31,239 nt of DNA from positions 1-31,239 of the IMG/VR virus record IMGVR_UViG_3300037789_000005; one strand, 5' to 3'. Both the position numbers and the translations under genes were made by a program. A model generated the notes under the pieces. That model was not told the DNA's origin and ran no database searches. It saw only the letters and a program-made list of their open reading frames with translations. Origin of the DNA: a virus (taxonomy: Duplodnaviria; Caudoviricetes). The number at the start of each line of letters is the position of its first letter. Position 1 is the first letter of the stretch. Shown here piece after piece: positions 23,628 to 31,239 of this stretch.

Positions 23628-25669
23628 AACTTGTACTAGATGTAGAAAACACTGTCACTAAACGTGATGGCAAAGACTTTCTTGATCCATTCGAGAAGGG
23701 CAACTACTTGGTGCAGGTGGGTATGGTCAATGCAGATGATAAGGCCCAGCGCTTTATCGTTAACATCGATCACAACGAGGCAAAGGATACAGGTGCAGGA
23801 CGTAAGCTAGTACAAGATGTGTTAGACATGACGACACTTCTTATTGGTCACAACTTACAGCACGATCTTATGTGGCTGTGGGAGTGTGGCTTCAAGTATG
23901 ATGGTGATATCTATGACACGATGTTAGCTGAGTACTTGTTGCAACGTGGTCAGAAACAGCCGCTTAGTCTTGGTGCTTGTGCTGAACGCCGCAACCTATC
24001 TCACCAGAAGGATGACACGCTAAAGCGCTACTTCAAAGAAGGATACAATACCAATGAGATACCTCTCAAAGAACTCACTTACTATCTTGACTGCGACCTT
24101 GACACTACTTGCGAGTTGTACCACGCACTCGAATCCGATTTCGCCAGTGATGAGTCCAATTCACTCTTACCCGTCCGTACCGTTACCTTCGCCACCTGCA
24201 AGGCCCTCACCAGAATTTACACAAAGGGAATCAGGGTGGATCGTTCCGCCCTCAACGATGTCCGATTTCAATTCGAATCAGAATTAGCCGACATCGAAGA
24301 TAGGTTGCAGCGTCAGGTACGTGAACTTATGGGTGACACCCCTATTAACCTTAACTCCCCAGAGCAGATGTCTCAGGTGGTGTTCTCTCGGAAGGTCAAC
24401 AACAAGAAAGAATGGGCAGACCTATTCAATTACGTGAAGACCGACAAAGAGTTTAAGGATACCATCAATGCCAACAGCACTATAGTTAAGAAGACACAGG
24501 CATTCACATGCCCTACCTGTGGCGGTGAAGGTAAGGTGTTCAAGGTTAAGATGGATGGCACTAAGTACAAGAAGCCAAACAAATGTAAGGACTGTGATGC
24601 ACGTGGTTACCAACTTAAAGAACTACCTCAGGTCGCTGGCCTTTGCTTTACTCCTCCGTCTAAGACTTGGGTTTCTGCTAACGGGTTTGGGACAGGCAAA
24701 GACAATCTTGATGCACTTATTGCGACTGCTCATAACAATTCTATGGATAGCGCAGTTGCTTTTCTTACTGATCTTAAGCGTCTATCTGCTGTCAGCAGTT
24801 ATCTATCAGCATTTGTAGAAGGCATCAGTGTCTATACACGTGAAGATGATATGCTGCATGTAGGTCTTACACAGCACATCACTGCTACTGGTCGCTTCTC
24901 TGGTCGTAATCCTAACATGCAGAACATGCCACGTGGTGGTACCTTCCCTGTTAAGAAGGTCTTTGTGTCACGCTGGGAAGGTGGACAGATCATGGAGGCT
25001 GACTTTGCTCAACTAGAGTTCCGTGTTGCTGCATTCCTAAGCCAAGACCCTGTTGCTATGCAGGAGATTGCTACTGGGTTCGACGTACACAGTTACACTG
25101 CAAAGGTTATCTCTGATGCAGGTCAGCCTACGTCACGACAGGCAGCTAAGGAACATACGTTTGCTCCACTGTTCGGTGCTACCGGGTATGGCAGATCTAA
25201 GGCGGAGGAGGCTTACTACATCCACTTCAATGAGAAGTATGAAGGCATTGCATCATGGCACAAGAAGCTAGCTGATGAGGCTCTGCGTTTCCAGAAGATC
25301 ACTAACGTCTCTGGTCGTCAGTATGCTTTCCCTGATGTAACTCGACGTGCCAATGGTACACCAACACACTTCACCATGATCAAGAACTACCCTGTTCAAG
25401 GCTTTGCTACTGGTGATGTTGTGCCTGTTGTTCTAGTTGAGATGGAGAAACGTCTCGACCCACTGCAGTCTTGCCTAGTTAATACTGTACATGACTCGAC
25501 TGTTGTTGACGTGCATCCTGATGAGGTTGATCAGGTTATTCAGATTGTTCAAGACATGAACACAGAACTGAATGATCTGGTTGAGAAAGCATACGGTGTC
25601 ACAATGAATGTACCTCTCTTACTTGAAGCTAAGATTGGTCCAAACTGGCTTGACACAAAGGACGTATGA
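23624..25669 (+). CDS. polA: Family A DNA polymerase with 3'-5' exonuclease and DnaJ-type Zn-finger insert
   Basis: LDVE, GHN...D, YDT, Y...D exonuclease motifs; TGRFSG.NPNMQN; motif A DFAQLE.R; motif B R..AK..TF; motif C VHD. Confidence 0.95.
   Translation: MKLVLDVENTVTKRDGKDFLDPFEKGNYLVQVGMVNADDKAQRFIVNIDHNEAKDTGAGRKLVQDVLDMTTLLIGHNLQHDLMWLWECGFKYDGDIYDTMLAEYLLQRGQKQPLSLGACAERRNLSHQKDDTLKRYFKEGYNTNEIPLKELTYYLDCDLDTTCELYHALESDFASDESNSLLPVRTVTFATCKALTRIYTKGIRVDRSALNDVRFQFESELADIEDRLQRQVRELMGDTPINLNSPEQMSQVVFSRKVNNKKEWADLFNYVKTDKEFKDTINANSTIVKKTQAFTCPTCGGEGKVFKVKMDGTKYKKPNKCKDCDARGYQLKELPQVAGLCFTPPSKTWVSANGFGTGKDNLDALIATAHNNSMDSAVAFLTDLKRLSAVSSYLSAFVEGISVYTREDDMLHVGLTQHITATGRFSGRNPNMQNMPRGGTFPVKKVFVSRWEGGQIMEADFAQLEFRVAAFLSQDPVAMQEIATGFDVHSYTAKVISDAGQPTSRQAAKEHTFAPLFGATGYGRSKAEEAYYIHFNEKYEGIASWHKKLADEALRFQKITNVSGRQYAFPDVTRRANGTPTHFTMIKNYPVQGFATGDVVPVVLVEMEKRLDPLQSCLVNTVHDSTVVDVHPDEVDQVIQIVQDMNTELNDLVEKAYGVTMNVPLLLEAKIGPNWLDTKDV
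24054..24287 (+). CDS. Putative overprinted proline-rich lipoprotein (+1 frame within polA)
   Basis: MRYLSKNSLTILTATLTLLAS-C lipobox; AAGGA 10 nt upstream; Pro/Ser-rich mature part; atypical polA codons over the same span. Confidence 0.5.
   Translation: MRYLSKNSLTILTATLTLLASCTTHSNPISPVMSPIHSYPSVPLPSPPARPSPEFTQRESGWIVPPSTMSDFNSNQN
24711..24818 (+). CDS. Possible overprinted membrane peptide (+1 frame within polA)
   Basis: MHLLRLLITILWIAQLLFLLILSVYLLSAVIYQHL; local excess of T-ending polA codons; weak RBS. Confidence 0.3.
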   Translation: MHLLRLLITILWIAQLLFLLILSVYLLSAVIYQHL

Positions 25670-25678
25670 CAGTATAAC
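25650..25678 (+). promoter_or_regulatory. Internal sigma70-like promoter at the end of polA
   Basis: TTGACA-N17-TATAAC(T). Confidence 0.7.
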
Positions 25679-25715
25679 TACGACTCCTGAAAAAGTTCTA
25701 ATGAAAGGGAACTAT

Positions 25716-26585
25716 ATGTCTACAGAACTAACCATTGCAAACGATATGGGTATGTCGCTTGCCGAAGCTATGGGTGTATCTACCTCTACTGGTGGCGGAG
25801 GCTCGTCCCTTTATCGTATTGCACAGATCCATACAGCACGTATGGGTGAGGTAGAATTTAACGGCAAGAAGATCAAGACCGAGGTTCTGCCTATTGGTGC
25901 GTACACTCTCACACGTGGTGAGGAAGTTGTTTACGCTACGTCAATCACTATCCGTGTCTTTGCCCAGCGCCAACAGTGGCAGCGTTGGAACTCGAATACT
26001 AGTGTTATGGAAAAGACTGTGATGGCTAACAACCTGAGCAACGATCTTAAGGACAACATTGGTACGTTCAACTTGGGTCGTCCAGGCGGTTACATCAAAG
26101 ACTTCCAAGCTCTGCCTGAAGCAACCAAAGAGTTGATGCGTTCCGTTAATCGTGTCCGTATCTTCTTTGGCGTTGTGACTGTAGACAACCCGATGAATGA
26201 GAATGGTGAGCCACTTGATGTTGAAGTGATTAACGCACCATTTGTCATGGATGTTAAGAACACTGACTCTCTTAAGTCTATTGATGCAGCACAGAAGAAG
26301 ATGACTGCAAAGTCTATCCTTCCTATCATGTACACACTGCAAATGACTGGCGATGTTAGGTCGATCCCTACAGGTGCACAGTATGGTGTGATGGTTGCTG
26401 CAGTCGGTGAGCAGGTTCAGCTTACTGGTGATGACAATGAAACGCTCAAAGGCTTCTTGGACTACATCGAAGCTGGCAACCGTTACATCCTAAACAAGTG
26501 GGATGAGAAGAACGTAGCAGCACTGACAGAGGAAGATGCAGATCTTGTTGGTCAGTTCGTAAATGTGGAGGGTGCAGAAGAGTGA
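25716..26585 (+). CDS. Putative single-stranded DNA-binding/annealing protein
   Basis: 289 aa beta-rich, acidic C-tail, between polymerase and nuclease; function inferred from position. Confidence 0.5.
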   Translation: MSTELTIANDMGMSLAEAMGVSTSTGGGGSSLYRIAQIHTARMGEVEFNGKKIKTEVLPIGAYTLTRGEEVVYATSITIRVFAQRQQWQRWNSNTSVMEKTVMANNLSNDLKDNIGTFNLGRPGGYIKDFQALPEATKELMRSVNRVRIFFGVVTVDNPMNENGEPLDVEVINAPFVMDVKNTDSLKSIDAAQKKMTAKSILPIMYTLQMTGDVRSIPTGAQYGVMVAAVGEQVQLTGDDNETLKGFLDYIEAGNRYILNKWDEKNVAALTEEDADLVGQFVNVEGAEE

Positions 26586-27460
26586 CACATCCAGCAGAGA
26601 TTGCAGTCTACTCATTCCTTCAGGATGCTATGGCTGGCAAGACTACCATGGATGAGGAGGTGGCTGAACAAGTCGCCTCCGACATTAAAGCTGCACTCTT
26701 CAAGCAGTTCGATAGTGGGCCACGTGATGCGTTCCGCCTTCGTATGTCAAACATTGGTCGTCCTAAATGCCAGCTATGGTTTGAGAAGAATGACTCAGAA
26801 GATAAGGCACTGATGCCACCCCACTTCCTGATGAACATGTTACTTGGTGATATCACTGAGGCTGTGTTCAAAGGATTGCTTCGCTCAGCAGGTATTGAGT
26901 TTAAGGATAACGACAAGGTTACACTTAAGCTTAGTGATGGTACCGAGATCAAGGGCGAGTACGATATGGTACTTGATGATCGTATCGATGACGTTAAGTC
27001 TGCATCACCTTGGTCATATGAACATAAGTTCAAAGACTTCGAATCCCTATCTAAGGGTGATAGCTTTGGTTATGTTGCTCAGCTTGTAGGGTATGCTACC
27101 GCCGCTAAGAAACAAGTTGGTGGTTGGTGGGTAGTCAACAAAGCTAACGGCGCATTCAAGTATGTTGATGCATCAGAGGCTAACGTTGATGAGGTACTCA
27201 AAGAAGTCGAAGCTAAGGTAGACTACATCAATAGCGATGCACCTTTTGAGCGTTGCTTCGAGCCTGTCGAAGAGAGTTACTACAAGAAGAAGAGTGGTAA
27301 CTTGGTACTGAATGGTAGCTGCCACTTCTGTTCGTTCAAGCACAAGTGTTGGCCTACACTACAGGCACTGCCTTCGAAAGTATCTAAGGCAAAAGAACCA
27401 CCCATTGTTGAATACATCTATGTAGCAGAGGAAGAAGATGGAAACGATCACACTGAATAA
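26582..27460 (+). CDS. Cas4-like PD-(D/E)XK exonuclease
   Basis: RMSNIG.P.C, G.YD...DDVKS, Y..QL..Y, C-terminal CHFC.....C (1+3 Cys, Fe-S type). Confidence 0.82.
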   Translation: MTHPAEIAVYSFLQDAMAGKTTMDEEVAEQVASDIKAALFKQFDSGPRDAFRLRMSNIGRPKCQLWFEKNDSEDKALMPPHFLMNMLLGDITEAVFKGLLRSAGIEFKDNDKVTLKLSDGTEIKGEYDMVLDDRIDDVKSASPWSYEHKFKDFESLSKGDSFGYVAQLVGYATAAKKQVGGWWVVNKANGAFKYVDASEANVDEVLKEVEAKVDYINSDAPFERCFEPVEESYYKKKSGNLVLNGSCHFCSFKHKCWPTLQALPSKVSKAKEPPIVEYIYVAEEEDGNDHTE

Positions 27461-27644
27461 CAAGCAGTACAACAAAGAAGATCTGACACAGGATCAGCTT
27501 AATGGTGTACGTGAGGCTCTAGTTGCACAGGAACTTATGGGTCAGCATGAGTACCAGTACGTGCTACTTAAGACACGCTATGACTCTATCCTGCGTACTC
27601 TGGAAGAGCAGCTTACGGCAGAGGCAGATGGCGAAGCGGCCTAA
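27438..27644 (+). CDS. Coiled-coil hypothetical protein
   Basis: METITLNNKQY..EDLT.DQ; GAGG RBS. Confidence 0.65.
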   Translation: METITLNNKQYNKEDLTQDQLNGVREALVAQELMGQHEYQYVLLKTRYDSILRTLEEQLTAEADGEAA

Positions 27645-28086
27645 CGGAACAGTAAAACGTCACGTTAAGAGTAAGTACAAGAGCGGACTTGAGGATAACA
27701 ATGTACGCCTACTAAAAGATAAGGGTGTACCTGTTAACTATGAGACGTTGATCATTGAGTGGGAAGATCTAGCTTACAGGACATACAAGCCTGACTTCCC
27801 ACTACCTAACGGCATCATCGTTGAAACCAAGGGTCAGTTTGATAACGAGGATAGGAGAAAGCATCTTGCAATTAAGAAGCAACATCCTGAATTGGATATC
27901 AGATTTGTATTTACATATCCTAATGCCAAACTATATAAAGGTAGCAAGACAACCTATGCTGATTGGTGCAACAAACATGGCTTCCAGTATGCAGCTAAGT
28001 TGATCCCGGATGAGTGGCTAGAGGAAGAAGGTCAGCCTATTAATGTTGACCGTATCCTTCTAAAGTATGAAAGGATTGAGCGATGA
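27628..28086 (+). CDS. T7 endonuclease I-like Holliday junction resolvase
   Basis: YKSGLE, Y.PDF.LPNGI.VETKG, DR.KHL, DIRFVF, TYADWC.K.GF. Confidence 0.9.
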   Translation: MAKRPNGTVKRHVKSKYKSGLEDNNVRLLKDKGVPVNYETLIIEWEDLAYRTYKPDFPLPNGIIVETKGQFDNEDRRKHLAIKKQHPELDIRFVFTYPNAKLYKGSKTTYADWCNKHGFQYAAKLIPDEWLEEEGQPINVDRILLKYERIER

Positions 28087-28325
28087 GCAAAGAGAAGGTG
28101 GCATCTACGGGTGCCGCCACTTCTTATTACAAATTACCTGAACATGCAAAAGAGCTTCGGCACTTGATATCAGCTAAGGGTATGAGTAAAAGCAGGGGCG
28201 ACATCTTTAAAGCTTGCTATAGACTGGGCGAGAAAGAAGGCACTGACGTATTGTACGATCTCAATAAGATGGAGTTCTTTATCCGTGATCTTAAAGAGAT
28301 GTACGAAAGAGGAGAGCACCTATGA
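28083..28325 (+). CDS. DUF3310/T7 gp1.7-like small protein
   Basis: G....YY...G.IFKA.YR.G.K......DL.K. Confidence 0.6.
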   Translation: MSKEKVASTGAATSYYKLPEHAKELRHLISAKGMSKSRGDIFKACYRLGEKEGTDVLYDLNKMEFFIRDLKEMYERGEHL

Positions 28326-28489
28326 AGAAGACATTCTATGTTAACTTTACTATGGTGGTAGAAGAGTATAACAACATCCTGTCCTCACTAGAGGATAACC
28401 ATGAGGAAGATATCCAAGATTTGGTTGCAGATTTGTTCTACGATGTGGATGACGTGACTGTTAAAAGCATTAGCGTACAGGAGAGATAG
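28322..28489 (+). CDS. Hypothetical acidic protein (55 aa)
   Basis: Not in ORF track. MKKTFYVNF...NNILSS...YDVDDV; AGGAG RBS. Confidence 0.7.
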   Translation: MKKTFYVNFTMVVEEYNNILSSLEDNHEEDIQDLVADLFYDVDDVTVKSISVQER

Positions 28490-28858
28490 ATGCTGAAACG
28501 AGATGACATTGAAGATATGGGCTATGGGTATTACGACAATACCTATACCAAGTTTGACTACAGTAAGTGGGTCGAAGATAAGATCATTACTGAGGGTACC
28601 GAACGCCTGATGGAGAACACGCTTGGCCTTATGGGTGAAGCTGGTGAGGTAGCCGAGAAGATCAAGAAGATGATCCGTGATGGTAACCGCTTTACTCCAG
28701 AGGACATCGTTAAAGAGCTAGGCGATGTAGTGTTCTACGCTACTGCACTCGCTAACTACTATGGCTCTAGCCTATCTGGTATGTTGGCAATGAACATTGA
28801 TAAACTTGATAGCCGTGAAAAGCGTGGCGTAATTAAAGGAGAGGGTGATAACCGATGA
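28490..28858 (+). CDS. mazG: MazG-like nucleotide pyrophosphohydrolase
   Basis: LGL.GEAGEVAEK.KK..RD, KELGDV.FY, N..KL.SR..RG...G.GDNR. Confidence 0.9.
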   Translation: MLKRDDIEDMGYGYYDNTYTKFDYSKWVEDKIITEGTERLMENTLGLMGEAGEVAEKIKKMIRDGNRFTPEDIVKELGDVVFYATALANYYGSSLSGMLAMNIDKLDSREKRGVIKGEGDNR

Positions 28859-30867
28859 ACAACCGTCAACAGTTTTCCACTCGTGCAAACGTAGTTACAC
28901 GCCGTACGTACAACCGCCCAAAGGATGATGGTACGTTTGAGACGTGGGATGAAACAGTGGCACGAGTTATCTCACACCAAGAGTGGCTGTGGGAACGGGC
29001 TAAGGGTAAGCCCCTAGACGCTACTGAACTAGCAGAACTCGAAGAGCTACGTGAGCTTATGCTTGACCGCAAGGCTACCGTATCTGGTCGTACTCTCTGG
29101 CTCGGTGGTACAGATGTATCGAAGAACCGTGAGGCTTCTCAGTTTAACTGTTCGTTTGGTCGTATCGAAACTGTCCATGATGTAGTTGATGCTTTCTGGC
29201 TGCTGCTACAGGGCTGTGGTGTAGGCTTCGAACCTGTTGTCGGCACACTGAACGGATTTGCTAAACCAGTAGAGCTTGAGGTTGTACGCTCCAAGAAGAC
29301 TACCAATGATGGTAAGGGCTTTGAGCGTAACCGTACCTCTACCTACAACCGTGAAGATGGTAAGAAAGTATGGCACCTCACTGTAGGTGACAGTGCTGAG
29401 GCATGGGCTAAGGCTATCGGTAAACTGATGGCACTCAAGGAAGCTGTTGATGTTGTTATCATTGACTTCTCTGAGGTACGTGCTGCTGGTATCCGACTGA
29501 AAGGTTACGGTTGGATTAGCTCTGGTGACGAGACTATCTCTGTAGCTTTTGCTAAGATTGTAGCACTGATGAACAACCGTGCAGGTAAGCTACTCACACG
29601 TATCGACATCCTTGACCTGCTGAACCACCTCGGTACCACACTGTCATCTCGTCGTTCCGCTGAGATTGCCCTAATGCCCGTAACAGATGCGGAGATTGAC
29701 GACTTTATCTCCGCAAAGAAAGACTACTGGTTGTACGACAATGCTCACCGTCAGCAGTCCAACAACTCTATCGTGTTCTGGAACAAGCCGACCAACTGGG
29801 AACTGCGTTACATCTTCGACAAAATGGTTGAAGCTGGTGGCTCTGAGCCTGGGTTCATCAACGGTGAAGCAGCTAAGAAACGTGCACCTTGGTTCAAGGG
29901 TGTTAACCCCTGTGCTGAGATCCTGCTCGGTAACAAGTCGTTCTGTAACCTAGTAGAAGTTGACTGGGGTAAGTTCCTCACGGACTTTGGTGATCTACAA
30001 CGTGCAGTCTATATTGCGGCTCGTGCTAACTATCGTCAGACCTGTGTTGATCTTGATGATGGTGTTTTGCAGCGTAGTTGGCATGAGCTTAACGAGTTCC
30101 TCCGCCTGTGTGGTGTAGGCGCTACGGGTATCGTTAAATTTATTGATGCACACAAGGGCTACAATAACTTGGAGGACATGGTTCGTATTCTCCGTAAGGA
30201 AGCACAGAAGGGTGCTCACTCTATGGCTGACCAACTAGGTCTACCACGTGCTAAGGCTGTCACTACAGTTAAGCCATCTGGTACCCTGTCTAAGATCATG
30301 GACACTACAGAGGGTGTACACAAGCCACTCGGTAAGTACATCTTCAACAACGTTACCTTCTCTAAGCACGACGAGATCATCCCAACACTTCGTCAAGCTG
30401 GTTACAAGGTATTCGACAAACCGTTTGAGTCTGACTCAGTACTTGTCACTTTCCCTGTAGCTTACGAAGATGTGAAGTTTGACGTAGTTGATGGTAAAGA
30501 AGTCAACATGGAGTCTGCTGTAGATCAGCTTGAACGCTATAAGTTCATGATGGACAACTACGTAGACCACAACTGCTCAGTTACGATCAGCTATGACGTT
30601 AACGAAGTCGAAGAGATTGTTGAGTGGATTCTTAACAACTGGGATGCTTACGTAGGTGTATCTTTCATCTTCCGTGATGACCCTTCGTTGTCCTCTGAAG
30701 AGGCTTGTCAAAAGCTAGGCTATGCCTACCTACCACAGGAAGTAGTAACTAAGGAGAAATACTATTCGTATGCCTCTACGTTGCTGCCTGTAGACCTGAC
30801 TAACCTGGGTTCTACTGATGACCTATCTGATGAAGCCTGTGCCACTGGTGCTTGCCCTATCCGTTAA
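28855..30867 (+). CDS. nrdJ: Class II (B12-dependent) ribonucleotide reductase
   Basis: RTY.R, GR.LW..G, NC, G.GVGF, NPCAEI, TVKPSGT.S, C-terminal CATGACPIR; no NrdB adjacent. Confidence 0.9.
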   Translation: MNNRQQFSTRANVVTRRTYNRPKDDGTFETWDETVARVISHQEWLWERAKGKPLDATELAELEELRELMLDRKATVSGRTLWLGGTDVSKNREASQFNCSFGRIETVHDVVDAFWLLLQGCGVGFEPVVGTLNGFAKPVELEVVRSKKTTNDGKGFERNRTSTYNREDGKKVWHLTVGDSAEAWAKAIGKLMALKEAVDVVIIDFSEVRAAGIRLKGYGWISSGDETISVAFAKIVALMNNRAGKLLTRIDILDLLNHLGTTLSSRRSAEIALMPVTDAEIDDFISAKKDYWLYDNAHRQQSNNSIVFWNKPTNWELRYIFDKMVEAGGSEPGFINGEAAKKRAPWFKGVNPCAEILLGNKSFCNLVEVDWGKFLTDFGDLQRAVYIAARANYRQTCVDLDDGVLQRSWHELNEFLRLCGVGATGIVKFIDAHKGYNNLEDMVRILRKEAQKGAHSMADQLGLPRAKAVTTVKPSGTLSKIMDTTEGVHKPLGKYIFNNVTFSKHDEIIPTLRQAGYKVFDKPFESDSVLVTFPVAYEDVKFDVVDGKEVNMESAVDQLERYKFMMDNYVDHNCSVTISYDVNEVEEIVEWILNNWDAYVGVSFIFRDDPSLSSEEACQKLGYAYLPQEVVTKEKYYSYASTLLPVDLTNLGSTDDLSDEACATGACPIR

Positions 30868-30872
30868 CACCA

Positions 30873-30900
30873 ACACCTGAGCATGTGTATAAACTGCTCA
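30873..30900 (+). ncRNA. Compact H-type pseudoknot in intergenic RNA
   Basis: ACAC-CT-GAGCA-T-GTGT-ATAAAC-TGCTC: S1 ACAC/GTGT, S2 GAGCA/TGCTC. Confidence 0.5.
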
Positions 30901-30919
30901 CCTAACAAAAGGAGTTACT

Positions 30920-31102
30920 ATGAGCTACACGAACAAAGAGTTTAACCCGTCTGGATCGGCTAAAGTAGATGCCATCAAGGAAGCAGCAGAACAACTTGCT
31001 AGTACTATCTTTGAGAACTGTCCAGAAGGCCCACTGCGTGACAAGGCACTGATCGACACTCAGTCTGCTTCTATGTTTGCTGTTAAGAGCCTCTTCCAAT
31101 GA
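30920..31102 (+). CDS. Acb2/Tad1-hairpin-like small protein (putative anti-defence nucleotide sponge)
   Basis: FNPSG...VD.IK..A..L...I......R..AL...Q.A.M.AVK; AAGGAG RBS. Confidence 0.55.
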   Translation: MSYTNKEFNPSGSAKVDAIKEAAEQLASTIFENCPEGPLRDKALIDTQSASMFAVKSLFQ

Positions 31103-31239
31103 GCTACACAGTAATCAGCAGACCTAACTGCTCTTGGTGCGACAAGGCAATTGACCTTCTGTATGAAGAGGGTATCGACTATGATGTTGTGAATATCTAT
31201 GAGGAGCCATGGGTAAGGACATTACTCCTACAGACAGAG
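31099..31239 (+). CDS. Glutaredoxin/NrdH-like redoxin (partial)
   Basis: Not in ORF track. MSYTVISRPNCSWCDKAIDLLYEEGIDY; CxxC motif; near nrdJ. Confidence 0.85.
   Translation, partial: MSYTVISRPNCSWCDKAIDLLYEEGIDYDVVNIYEEPWVRTLLLQTE

Noticed and set aside
24400-24700. Intein or intron in polA (also checked nrdJ and terL)
   Set aside because: No intein splice motifs, homing endonuclease or frame break; the insert is a Zn finger.
29687-29953. Ser/Thr-rich +1 ORF inside nrdJ
   Set aside because: Explained by ordinary AAC/TTC/GAC/ATC codon preference; no signal peptide or lipobox.

Overview
A 31 kb piece of a dsDNA tailed phage genome. It most resembles the HMO-2011-type/cobavirus-related marine podoviruses, judging by a PolA with a DnaJ-type zinc-finger insert, class II RNR, ThyX, MazG, a tyrosine recombinase in the replication arm, and no phage RNA polymerase in this window. 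The host is probably an alphaproteobacterium (GAAC-N7-GAAC LexA box, rrn-like promoter). Two arms diverge from a ~1.8 kb non-coding region (12550-14380) that probably holds the joined genome ends. The minus-strand arm (12535 to 1) carries packaging and structural genes: TerS, TerL, portal, scaffold, major capsid, tail-type proteins and an exported-protein cassette. The plus-strand arm (14380 to 31239) carries early and replication genes: Gp88-like, C5-MTase-like, recombinase, primase, ThyX, helicase, PolA, SSB-like, Cas4-like nuclease, endonuclease I, MazG, NrdJ and glutaredoxin. Highlights: (1) a proline-rich lipoprotein ORF and a membrane-peptide ORF apparently overprinted inside the polymerase gene, each with a local codon anomaly; (2) a control region built from host signals (LexA box, IHF sites, a 16-bp-period array, an rrn-like promoter, boxA and a structured leader); (3) an Acb2/Tad1-like putative nucleotide sponge behind a compact pseudoknot; (4) TerL has no clean start and overlaps a stand-alone recombinase-type DNA-binding ORF. 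All family calls come from motif recognition by eye; no searches were run.
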